Made by a program: the position numbers and the translations under genes
Source: Eledone cirrhosa
Taxonomy: Eukaryota
Length of the DNA stretch: 64,000 nt
Direction of reading: 5' to 3'
NCBI GenBank assembly: GCA_964016885.1
Contig: OZ024746.1
Location: forward strand, 24,676,001-24,740,000
The notes under the pieces: model-generated
Database searches by the model: none
Told to the model about the DNA's origin: nothing
The model's input: the letters and a program-made list of their open reading frames with translations, nothing else
Shown here: piece by piece, positions 1 to 14,313 of the stretch
How positions within the stretch are numbered: position 1 is the stretch's first letter
Layout: each line of letters opens with the position of its first letter

Positions 1-92
1 ATTTGCTGCAAAGCATGAAGTCAGACCCTCTACCGATACTGCCATAATAAACGAAAGACAGTTACTTTAGACCATGCCAATTTATTCTATTA

Positions 93-582
93 TCTTAACT
101 ATAATAAAGGAAGGTCTGCGGGATTGCGTCAAGAATATATTTTTTTGCCCCGTTTGTAAAATAAGTTGAATTACTTTGAATAAATAATGAATGAATATTA
201 CATAATTTATGTGCTAAATTTCGTGACTGTTGATTAAATATATTTTATAGCCTAATCTTTAAAATTCACTTCTTTAAAATTATCAAATGTCAACACTTCC
301 GGTTAGCGGCCGTTATATTATAACACTTATAATCGCATATATTTCCGTCGCTAATTTTCTCCTAATGCAGTTTATATATAATGTCGTCTTTTTTTTAATA
401 TATCATGGATTACTGATTCCAGAAGACAGTGTAACATAGACTTTGTGCAATTTCTGTGTATATTGTCAATTACGATTTTATTTGATGTATCGTATTTACA
501 TGCATATATATTTGTGTATAATATCAATGTACACACTACACATGCTAGCAGAAAACCACCCGTTGTGTGGTTTTTCTGCTAG
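93..582 (+). mobile_element. Non-autonomous Helitron-like element
   Basis: Starts with TC (TCTTAACTATAATAAAG). Ends with hairpin GCAGAAAACCAC...GTGGTTTTTCTGC and CTAG. Sits between A92 and T583 with no TSD. Confidence 0.65.
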
Positions 583-594
583 TACGTATAATAT

Positions 595-690
595 ACTTAA
601 TTTATTGAATCCGAAAAAATGAAAGGTGATGTTGACCACAGCAAGATTTCAACTCAGAAGACAGTGACCCGGAAAGAATGTCACAATGCA
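595..690 (-). mobile_element. Degenerate tRNA-derived SINE fragment (Meta/MESC-like core)
   Basis: Diverged match to the motif GATGAAAGGCAAAGTTAACCTCGGCGGGATTTGAACTCAG repeated across the window. Confidence 0.5.
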
Positions 691-718
691 TTCAATAAAT
701 AAGGTATTAATCCCTCAC

Positions 719-784
<66 letters not shown>

Positions 785-855
785 AAAAAGAGATGAAATC
801 GAAAATGTAACTGAAGTCTTATTTTTTTTTTTTAAATATATATATTTATTTGGTT

Positions 856-893
856 CCTTTACCGGTTTCGCAGTTCTTCTGCTTTTCAAAAGG
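856..893 (-). ncRNA. Minimal type-I hammerhead ribozyme, U3-A8 core variant (family D)
   Basis: Reverse complement: CCTT-TTGAAAA-GCAG aagaa CTGC-GAAA-CCGG-TA-AAGG. Stems I and II pair; stem III is the palindrome ACCGGT. Confidence 0.65.
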
Positions 894-1084
894 TGAGTTG
901 AGATGGAGGGTCTGTGGTTTTTCTCACATCTGCCAAATATCGTCTCTAGTCAAACCCGGCGAAGGATGGGTACTTAAAACACTCAAGACTCAGTATATGA
1001 CGATGCCCCTATGACTCTATTAAAGAGTTATGGCATCAATAATCAGCGATCAAGTATCATTAAACTTGTATATCTAAGATTTCC

Positions 1085-1420
1085 ACATAGAGCCCAGTTG
1101 AATATAAAAATCAGAGCATTTGATAAGCTGTTCAACACATAAAGGTTCAAAACAGATCATTTGATCCTCTGATGAATATATAAAGGTTCAAAACAGATCA
1201 TTTGATTCTCTGTTGATTACATAAAGGTTCAAAAAAGATCATTTGGTTCTATGTTAGATATATAACGGTTTAAAACAGAGAATATCTAAAATTCAAAGCA
1301 GGTCCCTCAACGCTTTATTGAATAACAAAGTTTTAAAATATAGTGATTAAATTTCTGTTGAATATCAAATTATTTTAATAGACTCCTCATTTATCTGTTG
1401 ATTATCTAAGGTTTAAAGAC
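1085..1420. repeat. Decaying ~41-bp minisatellite
   Basis: AAAGGTTCAAAACAGATCATTTGAT... units at ~1141, 1182 and 1223, with diverged flanking copies. Confidence 0.6.
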
Positions 1421-2079
1421 AAAGCCCTCGCTGGGTTTCATATTGTAGACAGTGTCCCAGCATAATCGAACCAATGACTAGAACCAAAGAAGGTAATAAA
1501 TGCAAAAACGGCATTGGCTCTGACGCTCAACCGATTTTTCCAATAATACATCTTTTTTTATCAATGTCACTTCAAATGTATTTGGCTGATAAGTGACTTG
1601 GTCTTAGGCAGTGTTGAAACTAAAACAATTACATCGTCAACAAGTCATTTTAGCCATTGAAAAACACAAAAAACAATTAAATTCACTTTACATTTCTAAT
1701 TTATGTCTTACTGTCATAATTGTCATCGCACCCTTTGCGACCTGGTCACAAATAAGTGTGTCAGTGACCAAAAAATAAACGATAAAAGTAAATTAGAGTT
1801 AAACATTTTTGTGTGGAGTATGAAATCCTACTTTTTACACACATACTGTATATATATGATCTATACACATATATAAATGCATATATATGTGTGTGTGCGT
1901 ATGTGTGTATGCGTATGTGTGTATAATAGAGTTTTGTAGCTTGCTTGAAGCATTGTTCCTAGTGTATCTTGTATAATATATCGTGTGAATACCAAATTAT
2001 CTATCTACCTGTCTTTGTATCTATCTAGTTGTGTGTATATTACTCTTTTACCTGTTTCAGCCATCCGGCTGAGGCCATG

Positions 2080-2123
<44 letters not shown>

Positions 2124-2158
2124 AAATATATATATACACACACACACATATATATATA

Positions 2159-2223
<65 letters not shown>

Positions 2224-2478
2224 AACATTTTTTGTTAACCTGTTTAGCTTGCTCGTTTTTTCGGCTGCCTGGCTTGTCGATTCACAGCCATTTTCATTTT
2301 TATAATGTGTCTGGCCCTTATAACGTATGTTAATTGCTCTGGCTTCTTCCTAGTCCATTGAGCGCTTGCCGGCATATCTCGAAAATTGCGCTTTGTTTTG
2401 TTTTGGCCGCCGCCGAAATACTATCTAGCTGAAATTAAATTTCAGAGCAAACAACACGGACACTCTATCTCAAAATTA

Positions 2479-2515
2479 TTTTTGAAAAGCATTTAGAAAT
2501 GCGCAACCGGTAAAA
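2479..2515 (+). ncRNA. Degenerate U3-A8 hammerhead-like motif
   Basis: TTT-TTGAAAA-GCATTT ag AAATGC-GCAA(for GAAA)-CCGG-TA-AAA inside a TA-flanked element (2221-2637). Confidence 0.45.
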
Positions 2516-2633
2516 ACTTAAAAACTTAAAACCACAACTGAATACTAACCCATACAATCACTAATACTCTTTTATTCCTAATTAAACCATTTTTCAACTG
2601 TGAACAATTTGTCAGCATTTTCTATTCCGTTTA

Positions 2634-2717
<84 letters not shown>

Positions 2718-2718
2718 A

Positions 2719-2945
2719 ATCGAAAGGTTGTGAGTTCAATTCTCGGACCAGGGGATGTTTTATTTCCTTGACCAAGACACTTTATTTCACGTTGCTCCAG
2801 TTTACTCAGCTGTAGAAATGAGTACCGGCCTGCCCGCCCACCCAGTGGGATTGCCTTATCTTATGGTTAAAACAGCATGACGTGCTGTGACCAGCGGCGC
2901 CGATTGGCGCCAGACAGACTGGTCGGTCAAGGTGATCAAGGTGTT
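2719..2945 (+). mobile_element. tRNA-derived CORE-like SINE, 5' truncated
   Basis: B-box-like GAGTTCAATTC, core CCTTGACCAAGACACTTTATTTCACGTTGCTCCAG, GC-rich hairpin tail, TA flanks. Confidence 0.6.
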
Positions 2946-3204
2946 TATATATATATATACACTGTTCGTATATACCTTCACACAGTATATTATACAAGAT
3001 ACACTAGGAAATAAAGATTGATACAGAAAAGAATAAAAAGAAACAAAAAAGAATTTAAAAAAAAAACAAAGTACAGGATCTAAAAAAAGTAAACCGAGCA
3101 GACGACCGAAGAATCAGGGTGAGAAAATATATAAATAGACAAATATATGCATAGATAAATATATATATTTATATATTTTTTGTGTGTGTGTGTATGTGTG
3201 TGTG

Positions 3205-3262
<58 letters not shown>

Positions 3263-3264
<2 letters not shown>

Positions 3265-3309
3265 TGAGATTCTACAGGACTAGAACTGTTTCATTCATTA
3301 GAAATCATC

Positions 3310-3311
<2 letters not shown>
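3263..3311 (-). mobile_element. Family A hammerhead element fragment
   Basis: Reverse complement CTGATGATTTCTAATGAATGAAACAGTTCTAGTCCTGTAGAATCTCATC between (TA)n tracts. Confidence 0.7.
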
Positions 3312-3385
<74 letters not shown>

Positions 3386-3408
3386 ATATATATATATATG
3401 TACATATG

Positions 3409-3451
<43 letters not shown>

Positions 3452-3534
3452 GTATGTATGTATATATGTATATATACACACACAAACACAACCACACACT
3501 CATACACACAAACACAACCACACAACCACACAAC

Positions 3535-3614
<80 letters not shown>

Positions 3615-3916
3615 AGGTCATCACGTGATAGATGGAAGAATAGATATTGTGAAGGTCAATTGTTGTGTTGCCTGCCATAATGGCAATGGAGGGAATTGAA
3701 GATCACACGTGTGTATGTGTATGCGAATCTGCGTGAGTTCGTATGAGTGTGTGCGTTTGTGTACGTATACAGACAGGTAAGTATTTAGATAACTGTTGTT
3801 ATATGACTGTCTATCTAGAGGAATCGGACACATACACACACATGCACACACATACACACACATACACACACATACACATACACACACATACACACATGCA
3901 TACATACATACATACA

Positions 3917-3950
<34 letters not shown>

Positions 3951-3975
3951 CATACATACATACATACATACACAT

Positions 3976-4360
3976 GGTGGCTGCCAACTCGCTTTCGAGT
4001 ACGGCCACTACTTTATATCCATGTAGGAGAACCCCTACCGATGCACTGAACGAGTGTGACTTTTTAGTCCAGCCAGCGACTTGAAAACTCTGGTACAAAC
4101 ACTACACTTGTGACAAATATTGACACATAGTGCTGGGCCCATGGTACCATGTGACGACAAGTGCAGAGAGATATCCAGATATAAAGCAATGCCTGTGCCG
4201 TGAAGCTTTTATAGTGAGCAAAGGCACTGCACAAAGCCAGTCCCACTCTCTTAACCAAGATGATATTTACCAAAAAGAAGAACAAGTCAACATCATTGGT
4301 TACCATCAGGGTTGCAGGTGTTATATCAGAGTTTTCCTTCTCCTAGAATTCTGCCTTGAC
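3976..4360 (-). mobile_element. Non-autonomous RTE derivative, family 2 (5' truncated)
   Basis: Near-identical to 60058-60442. Retains a C2H2 zinc-finger coding remnant and an RTE-like 3' tail. Confidence 0.8.
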
Positions 4361-4592
4361 ATATATACATACATACTTACGTACGTGTGTACAAAGACAC
4401 GTACAAAGAATTTGTTAATTCTTGGTGTCAATATTTTCGTCGCACACTTTACGACCTGGTCGTTAACACAGTTCCACTAGGAAATAAATAACAGATATGT
4501 AGTAAAGACAATAACCTTCGTATGTTTTGAATTGCTAAATTGCTATATTTATATATGTGTGCGTATACATACTGTATATATATATATATATG

Positions 4593-4829
<237 letters not shown>

Positions 4830-4830
4830 C

Positions 4831-4863
<33 letters not shown>

Positions 4864-4928
4864 CTGTGTGTGTGTGTGTGTGTGCTTTGGTGCACCTGAG
4901 CACTGTACACAATAATTTCATTATTATT

Positions 4929-5038
4929 AAATCCCGCCGAGGTTAACTTTGCCTTTCATCCTTACGGGGTCGATAAAATAAAGTACCAGTAATTATACTG
5001 GGTAATTGCTGGCCTGAAGCCAAAAAGTAGAAACAATT
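4929..5038 (+). mobile_element. SINE fragment (Meta/MESC-like core)
   Basis: AAATCCCGCCGAGGTTAACTTTGCCTTTCATCCTTACGGGGTCGATAAAATAAAGTACCAG. Confidence 0.7.
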
Positions 5039-5190
5039 ATTATATATATATATATTTATTATTATTCATTTATTGATTTAATATTTGTGTGAGTGTGTGT
5101 GTGTGAGTCTAGGTATGTGCATACATGTGCATACGTGTACTAATTCACACAAACAAACACACTCACATATACATTCATTCTCTCTCTCTC

Positions 5191-5266
<76 letters not shown>

Positions 5267-5365
5267 TACTGAGACACAGACATCCTATCAGCAGTGAGAC
5301 ACGCGGCAGACATAAATGTCAATAAACTTAAACATAGACTTCTTCCTGCCTTCCATGAACATCAG

Positions 5366-5890
5366 CTGCACTCTCTAGCCAGGGAGAGGGCCACTAGCTG
5401 AACTGCTGAACATAGCAGTCAACTCTCCCTCAATTCTCCCTGCACTCTCTAGCCAGTGAGAGGGCCATTACCTGAACTGCTGGACATAGCCATCAATTCT
5501 CCCTCAATTCTCCCTGCACTCTCTAGCCAGTGAGAGAGCCACTAGCTGAACTGCTGAACATAGCAGTCAACTCTCTCTCAATTCTCCCTGCACTCTCTAG
5601 CCAGTGAGAAGGCCATTACCTGAACTGCTGGACATAGCCATCAATTCTCCCTCAATTCTCCCTGCACTCTCTCGCCAGTGAGAGAGCCACTAGCTAAACA
5701 GCTGAACATAGCAGTCAACTCTCCCTCAATTCTCCCCCAATTCTCCTTTAATTCTCCCTGCACTCTCTAGCCAGTGAGAGAGCCACTAGCTGAACTGCTG
5801 TACATAGCAGTCAACTCTCTCTCAATTCTCCCTGCACTAACTAACCAATGACGGAACCGCTACACAGACTACTGGATATAGCAGCCAAGA
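5366..5890. repeat. 74-bp tandem repeat, ~7 copies, with alternating A/B variants
   Basis: Unit CTGCACTCTCTAGCCAGTGAGAGAGCCACTAGCTGAACTGCTGAACATAGCAGTCAACTCTCCCTCAATTCTCC at 5366, 5440, 5514, 5588, 5662, 5758 and 5832. Confidence 0.9.
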
Positions 5891-6002
5891 CTCCCTGAAA
5901 CCACTCACATTGAAACGACGATCACGTTGTATAATGTTGTTCCAGGTTCAGTGTGCCAAGGAAAAGACGAAATGATCAGCACAGCAAATAATAAATTTGG
6001 TT

Positions 6003-6135
6003 AATCCCAGTACATTATTGGTGCTTTATTTTATCGGCTCCGCAAGGATGAAAGGAAAAGCTAACCTTGGGGGATTTGATCTCTGAAGGATCTTTATCCG
6101 ACGGATCTTTGTCCGACGCTCTAACGATTCTCCAA
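6003..6135 (-). mobile_element. SINE (Meta/MESC-like), degenerate
   Basis: TTTATCGGCTCCGCAAGGATGAAAGGAAAAG...GTCCGACGCTCTAACGATTCT tRNA-like head. Confidence 0.55.
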
Positions 6136-6447
6136 TACACTACCCTGTCCTCGAGCTAAAATAACCACAACAACAATAACACTACGTGCCAAAGCGAGAT
6201 CTTCAAAATGATTGCTCGACGCGCTAGAAATATCAGCCAAATGTCCATCAAATTTATACACTAATGCCATAACATAGAAAGATGTGATTATATAACGCAA
6301 AAACAAATAACTTGATTGTCACGGCTGGAATACATTTGATTATAGGTCTGATTATAATTAAGCAGGGCCAATCTACAATGACAACAACACTAAATAAATA
6401 TGCGAGCCTTCCACCTCACATTGCAAGCTTTCCTTATCATACACACA

Positions 6448-6541
<94 letters not shown>

Positions 6542-6823
6542 TATGTAAACACACTTACAGGCACTTACAGACACACATACATCCATATATACACAGAGAC
6601 AAACACAGGCATAATCGCAAACAGACAGGCACAAAGACACACACATATACACTTGCACATAGACAGACAGGCATAGACAGAGAGACACATATAAAGATAC
6701 ACAGAGACACACAGTCACATAGCGACACACGTATACACATTCACACAAATAGACACAGTGACATACATATGCACATATGCACATACACACACAGAGGCAC
6801 ATACGCAGACAGAAAGCACATAG

Positions 6824-6859
<36 letters not shown>

Positions 6860-7180
6860 GCACACATATATACAAGCATACACAGACAGACACATTCACA
6901 CACAGACAGACACATTCACACACAAACAGAAACATACACACACACACACACACACACACAGATGCTGACTAAAACACATAGAGAAGAACAGCCAACGATG
7001 TAAGCAGCCGACAGTGGGCGTGGCCAAAGCTGTAGACGAATCAAGCGGCAGTCTCATCCAGATTGGTTGTAGTGGTGTCTCATCTTTCCTGCATAACACA
7101 CACATACATACACATACTTATATGCACACTGACACTGACACACAAATGTATGCTTACATACATATATACATACAAACACA

Positions 7181-7225
<45 letters not shown>

Positions 7226-7227
<2 letters not shown>

Positions 7228-7296
7228 TGTCCCCAAATAATGTATACACAATTCAAGAGCATTCTGATAAATATGTGTATACATTTTTGGGGGGAC

Positions 7297-7301
<5 letters not shown>
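7226..7301. mobile_element. Tc1/mariner-type MITE copy
   Basis: GGTGTCCCCAAATAATGTATACACA ... TGTGTATACATTTTTGGGGGGACACCC. Confidence 0.65.
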
Positions 7302-7330
<29 letters not shown>

Positions 7331-7481
7331 ACTGAAAAAAAGGTTACATGCACCTCTTGACCAGGATTGAACTCAAGGTCAGGATCTACATCGTCTCTAG
7401 TACCTACCGCTAGGCCACAGAGACAACTACTATACACATAGATAGATATATACATACATAGATATGTCTGCATACATTCAT

Positions 7482-7522
<41 letters not shown>

Positions 7523-7719
7523 ATCACATACATACATACATGTATACATACAGCCAAACACAAGTACACACAAGAAGAGAACATCTATGTGAACATTTGA
7601 CAGGCTAGAAATAGCCAATATCTCATCTTCGCAAGTCACTTTTGGTCATGTACATCCTCCATGAAGGGTGACCTGTGGCTAAACTACTACTACTACTACT
7701 ACTACTGCTACTACTACTG

Positions 7720-7754
<35 letters not shown>

Positions 7755-7852
7755 ACGGGAAAAGGGTTCTAATTCATCTACGTATGCATATACTATGCAA
7801 AAACTATGTGTATACTATATATATATGTGCATTAAAAATGTGTAGAGGCTAC

Positions 7853-7897
<45 letters not shown>

Positions 7898-7899
<2 letters not shown>

Positions 7900-8059
7900 C
7901 GAAGGAAATGTGGTAAGGAACCAGGTGGACCATAACGCATCAAAGTACTCAATACTTAGGGTAGTAGAGTGGGTAATAGGAACAAGTAAGACCCCGACGG
8001 CAGAGCTCAAGCCGTTTCGACGAAACGGCTTGAGCTCAGCCGTCGGGGTCTTACTTGTT

Positions 8060-8112
<53 letters not shown>

Positions 8113-8236
8113 CAAAGGAATTGTGGTAAGGAACCAGATGGACCATAATGCACCAGAGTACTGAATACTTAGGGTAGTAGAGTGGGAAATAGGAAAAAGT
8201 ATGACCCCGACGGCAGAGCTCAAGCCGTTTCTGGAC
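7898..8236 (-). mobile_element. Family B TA-embedded elements (foldback copy 7898-8061 plus second copy 8111-8236), carrying a hammerhead 3' half
   Basis: Element strand reads GAAA-CGGC ttgagctc(a/t) GCCG-TC-GGGGTC; palindromic junction near 8020. Confidence 0.7.
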
Positions 8237-8499
8237 TATATATATATATATATATGTACATATATAATATGAATATATATTAAAGATGTTAATAACATCA
8301 ATTAGAGTTAATTCTTCTTTTGTTATGTTTATCAATCGGTTTCAACTCTTCCGAGATATCCACGGTGTTTACTATAAAACCTAACTAAGGGGTGTCCAAC
8401 GTTGCAATCTATCTCAGTAATAGGAACCGTTATAATGTTTTCGGGTCTCCGCAATAGAGTTATTGAAAAAATAATTCTCACGTTTGGTAGTATCGGTAG

Positions 8500-8692
8500 A
8501 GCGTTGGATAACATGTTTTGCGGCATATAGCTACGTCCCTTTACATTCTGAGTTCAAATCATCCCACCGAGGTTAGCTTTACCTTCCATCATTTCGGGGT
8601 TGGTAAAATAAAGTACCAGTAACGCACTGGGGTCAATTTAATCGACTTTACCCTCCCCCAAATTGCTGGTCTTGTGCGTAAATCAGAAACCA
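8500..8692 (+). mobile_element. SINE (Meta/MESC-like)
   Basis: CTGAGTTCAAATC B-box, TTCCATCATTTCGGGGTTGGTAAAATAAAGTACCAG core. Confidence 0.6.
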
Positions 8693-8854
8693 TATTTTAT
8701 AATTAATAGTTGTTGTTTTTTTTTAATTTCTTGTTTTTTTAATGTCATCTGTATATTGATTTATCGAGTATACTTTAGAATTTGGTAAATTAATTTTCGT
8801 CGCATCTCTCTATTCTAAGTTCAGTGAGAGAAAGGACAATAATTTGTTTAAGCG

Positions 8855-9021
8855 CCGCATTTCCCGGCGCGGAAGACGCTTCGTCCTCGAGGACGCACCC
8901 TAATTTTGACAACCAAAAATTTGAAAAAAATAATAAACAACCTTTGGCCTCCAGGATACATGGTAGATTTTTTAGACTTATTTTAGGGGGAAAGTAGCGT
9001 CTTCGACGCCGGGAAATACGG
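8855..9021. mobile_element. Tc2/pogo-like MITE
   Basis: TIRs CCGCATTTCCCGGCGCGGAAGACGC / GCGTCTTCGACGCCGGGAAATACGG, followed by TA. Confidence 0.65.
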
Positions 9022-9199
9022 TAATTCTTTTCTGGTTATTCTGGTGTCATTTTCTTTATCTACACAGTATATTATAACGTAAATAAGGTTACTAGATGAA
9101 CTTATAAAACTGCCTTTAAGCTTCTATCCATTTTTGAATTCTAATTCTGACCCTCCAGCAAATATACACATATTCCGCAATTTCCACATTTTGTTAGTT

Positions 9200-10220
9200 G
9201 TGAATTGGGGGATATGCTTTTGTAGTACGAGTATTATCACCAATATTTGAGGATATTCGACATGAACCTTCAAGAGATCCACAATTATAGGAAGATACTG
9301 ACAACCACTGGTACGTTCCCCATCAACAGTGACCCTGGCAGGATCTATGGTAAACAGACGGATGGAAGTAGTCAAACGACCTTTCAGTGTCGTATTTTTT
9401 CATTCAATCAAAAGCTACTGGACAGTAAATGGAGAAATTGGTACATCAGATGTTTACTCGACTGTAAATGCAATAACATCTTGAACAGATACTCTGAATG
9501 TACAACTGTGACCCAAATATGGCTTGACTAACCTATGTGAACAGAGGCCTGAAGGATGCGACCCAAAGGCAGCTGAACTTAAACAGATACCTGAAGGAGA
9601 TACACTCATATTATCAGAATATAATGAATTGGTATATATCCCACCAGTAATGAGTAGGTCCATATCCCGTACATATCCCGCAAGTTATAAGATGCCAACA
9701 AGATTGAAAAGCAAGAGTAACCTCTTCTGAACCTGTTATAGATACATCACATCCTATCTGGAACGACATACCTTCGCTATTCAGGTACAGGACATAACTA
9801 ATAAATACCTGATTCCTGATTATATATGAGAGATAAGGACGTTTCCAGACCTTATAATAGAAAAATGTTGATTGTCCACTATTAGTGTGGAACATATCAC
9901 CCACGTCATCAACAGTTGTTGAAAACTGTCCTCAAGGTACTATCTTTCAATGAGAGCTGACATTGTTGCGAAAACCATTTACAGTGATATCCATAGTAAA
10001 GGATGTACTGACAGTTAAATGAAAAGCAAGACAGAACCAGAATGCTGACACACCTTTAAAGAGTAAGGAATACTATTGGAACCTCCCAATAAAAACAGCA
10101 ATCCAGTGTAAACACAACAAAGTCGATATAGTTGAATGTGACAGGGAACGAGATTCATGCTGTGTTCTATAGGTCAGCTACCCAGTGTTTTGAATAAATT
10201 ACCTAAGTTTGAGGAGAAAA
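9200..10220 (+). pseudogene. Decayed RLE-type non-LTR retrotransposon (R4/Dong-like): post-RT region, CCHC knuckle and restriction-like endonuclease
   Basis: Manual translation: RKILTTTGTFPINSDPGRIYGKQTDG; C*LSTISVEHITHVINSC*KLSSRYYLSMRADIVAK; WNLPIKTAIQCKHNKVDIV...VL*VSYP. Many stops. Confidence 0.75.
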
Positions 10221-10378
10221 AAAAACATCTATGGTGAACTAGTTCGGTTTCAGACAATGAAACAATGAAACAGATCTAGTCCTGTAAAATTCACTCTCTA
10301 CCTGATGTATTGTCTATCTTAATTTGGGCTCTCCTTCCTCCGATCTTCAAACTATATGAACACACATACACCAATATA

Positions 10379-10468
<90 letters not shown>

Positions 10469-10516
10469 TATACACATATATATGCATATGTACATACATG
10501 TGTATATATATATATA

Positions 10517-10568
<52 letters not shown>

Positions 10569-10630
10569 ATGCATATATATTATGTTCTTCTCTCTCTCTC
10601 TCTCTACATACATATATGTGTGTGTATACA

Positions 10631-10669
<39 letters not shown>

Positions 10670-10902
10670 TAGCGAGAATCGTATTTCGACTATTGGAAAT
10701 TAGCGAAAAACAACTTCCGAGATGTGTGGCAAGCGCTCAATAGATTCTAACGAACCAGAGCATACGTTAAAGGCCAAACACACTGAGACGATGGTTAAAC
10801 CATTATCCGCACAGCCATAGAAACGACCAAGTAATTCGGGTCAAACAAATAAAAAAATATGATTGAAAAATTTACCCGGACCCCTGGATGATATATATAT
10901 AT

Positions 10903-11545
10903 AGAAGGATTTAAATGGATACAGTTCAGTTAAAAGGAATTTATTGACACGTGTTTCAATAACAGTTACATAACCTGAAAACAGCTGCTATCTACAAAGT
11001 ATTAGTTATGCAGACATTCAATATTTCAATGTTATTATCTACTGTCATTTCATCAGAATAATTTTATTGAGAACCTGATGTATTGTCTATCTTAATTTTA
11101 TAGTGGGGAATAATCCAGAGAGTTAATACTGCCGAGTAATAATAATTTCAACCTCGATGTGTTTACTTCATTATAGATAGAAACAGAAATTCAGAAGAGT
11201 GGTTAGATTATTTCAAGAATAGTAAAATTTAGGGACATATAATAACACAGAATATAAGAATATGAGATGACAGTAGATTTAAGCCATATAATAGCTTTAC
11301 AAATGTTTCAATCCTTCTTATTCAATAAATGATTGTGTTATTTCAATTTAGGAATTTAAGAGGAAACATATAGAGTATGACAAAGCATTAGTAACCATTG
11401 TACATCTTCAGAAGTACTATAAATGATTGTACAATGGCCTGGCATTCCATAAATCCAAACGAAATGTTGTACGTTCATGTTGAAGGTAAAATCATGTTCT
11501 CAATATCAATGTCCTGCACGAAACCAACATGGTTTACCAGTTGCA
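10903..11545 (-). mobile_element. Probable 3' fragment of a Penelope-like element
   Basis: Possible degenerate GIY-YIG C-terminus (QLVNHVGFVQDIDIENMIL...FMECQAIVQS) upstream of the hammerhead; ends in (TA)n. Confidence 0.45.
10941..11061 (-). ncRNA. Type-I hammerhead ribozyme with large stem-II insertion (family F)
   Basis: TTATT-CTGATGA-AATGACAGT...(~74 nt)...ACTGTTATT-GAAA-CACGTG-TC-AATAA. Confidence 0.7.
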
Positions 11546-11705
11546 CACACACACACATACACACACACATACATACATACACGAACACAGACACACACAC
11601 ACACACATACATACATACACACACTAATACACATACATACACGAACAGACACACATACATACATATATATATACTTATATATATATATATATAAACATAT
11701 ATATG

Positions 11706-11748
<43 letters not shown>

Positions 11749-11754
11749 ATATAT

Positions 11755-11842
<88 letters not shown>

Positions 11843-11941
11843 AGTGTGTGTATTTATTTATATGGAAGAAAACTCTGGAAACTCTGATCACTCGTTTGTG
11901 ATTGTCATTGAGACGATTTCAAATGAATCAAACACACAGAT

Positions 11942-12040
<99 letters not shown>

Positions 12041-12147
12041 TAACAGATAAAAATAAATATATTTTCTCTACGGTTCTTATATATTTGATATATATTTATC
12101 CTTATCGAGCCCTCTTTGGATTTTAGTCTTCAAATTTCTTATTATTA

Positions 12148-12192
<45 letters not shown>

Positions 12193-12574
12193 AATACAAA
12201 TATATATATATATTTATATATATAATCAATCAAGTTCTAACACACCTGGGTTTTCACATTTTGTTTCAGATTTTTCCTAGCATTATCCGGAGTTCAGGTC
12301 ATCTTGAGTTGAAAATTAAAATGGCGATCATTTGTTCAATCATACATTTAGAGCTCGACCATCCCCTGAGGAGGACCGCGCTGTGTAGTGCCAAAGATTT
12401 GATCCACCATATTTTCAAGTAGAAGTTTGGGGATCAAAAGCCCCCAGTTTTTTTGATATGGTGTGTATTTGGATGTTTTCATGAAGGAGAAAAAGAGAGG
12501 AATCTCAATTATATATGTGTGTGTGTGTGTGTGTATGTGTCTGTGGGGGTATGGGTGTATGTGTGTGTATGCTC

Positions 12575-12616
<42 letters not shown>

Positions 12617-12679
12617 GTCCCAAGGCTCTCATACCATCAACACTATAAACACAGAGCTGGCATATCTAAGAACTGACTA

Positions 12680-12735
12680 ACTGCCTGATGAAGTCATAGC
12701 CATTCAATGGCTATCATCGAAATATATATAGCAGT
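12680..12735 (+). ncRNA. Type-I hammerhead ribozyme (family E)
   Basis: ACTGC-CTGATGA-agtcATAGCCAT tca ATGGCTATcatc-GAAA-TATATA-TA-GCAGT, in a TA-flanked element (12612-12780). Confidence 0.7.
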
Positions 12736-12776
12736 AAATAAAGGATTATGAGTTCATGCAATTGACTTATGTTTCG

Positions 12777-12836
<60 letters not shown>

Positions 12837-13057
12837 TATAGATATATATATATATATACACGTATAAACATATCAACATACAAATATATATGTGTGTTTG
12901 TATGTGTGTGTACACATATATATTAAGTGGCTATGATTTTAATATCCAAAGGTGGGAGTGCGCCTAATGTGTGATAACATTTGGGGACATCAATGAAATT
13001 AATAAACTAGAGATACACATATTTTGTATTTTTGTAGTTTAATAAACACACACACAC

Positions 13058-13127
<70 letters not shown>

Positions 13128-13297
13128 TGGTATGTATATTCTCTTTCATAGTTTGTATAATTTTGTACATAGATCTTTTGAATATGCATGCCAATTCTAA
13201 CACATATATGTCCTAGAAACGATCGTTAAATAATGAACTTTTTTTGTTTAATATAAGGAACTGTTTCATTGTTTTATTCATTATTTTTTTAATATTT

Positions 13298-13394
<97 letters not shown>

Positions 13395-13476
13395 GAGAGA
13401 GAGAAAGATTATATATACACATATATATATATATATATACATCCATATATACATATACATATATATATATATATTA

Positions 13477-13510
<34 letters not shown>

Positions 13511-13646
13511 TGAGAATTTAGTATATCTACTAACATATGTGTACAGATGTACGCTAATGCTAGCAAATTCACAGGGTGTGTCATAGTACCTAGTGGCTCA
13601 ATGCAGGAGGATGCAGAACAATAATATAAGTTCTTATATTACGTCT

Positions 13647-13723
<77 letters not shown>

Positions 13724-13730
13724 GTATATA

Positions 13731-13951
<221 letters not shown>

Positions 13952-13995
13952 TTATATATATACATAAACATACATATCTTTATATAATACATATG

Positions 13996-14027
<32 letters not shown>

Positions 14028-14045
14028 ATATATATATAGATATAG

Positions 14046-14114
<69 letters not shown>

Positions 14115-14219
14115 TACATATATATATATACATATATATATATACATAAACATACATATGTATCTATATATATATGTACTGGCTTACGTGTTACCAGTAG
14201 CACTCAAGAGTGACCCGAC

Positions 14220-14309
<90 letters not shown>

Positions 14310-14313
<4 letters not shown>

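Noticed and set aside
12361-12435. Hammerhead starting at CTGAGGA
   Set aside because: No convincing GAAA/stem III partner.
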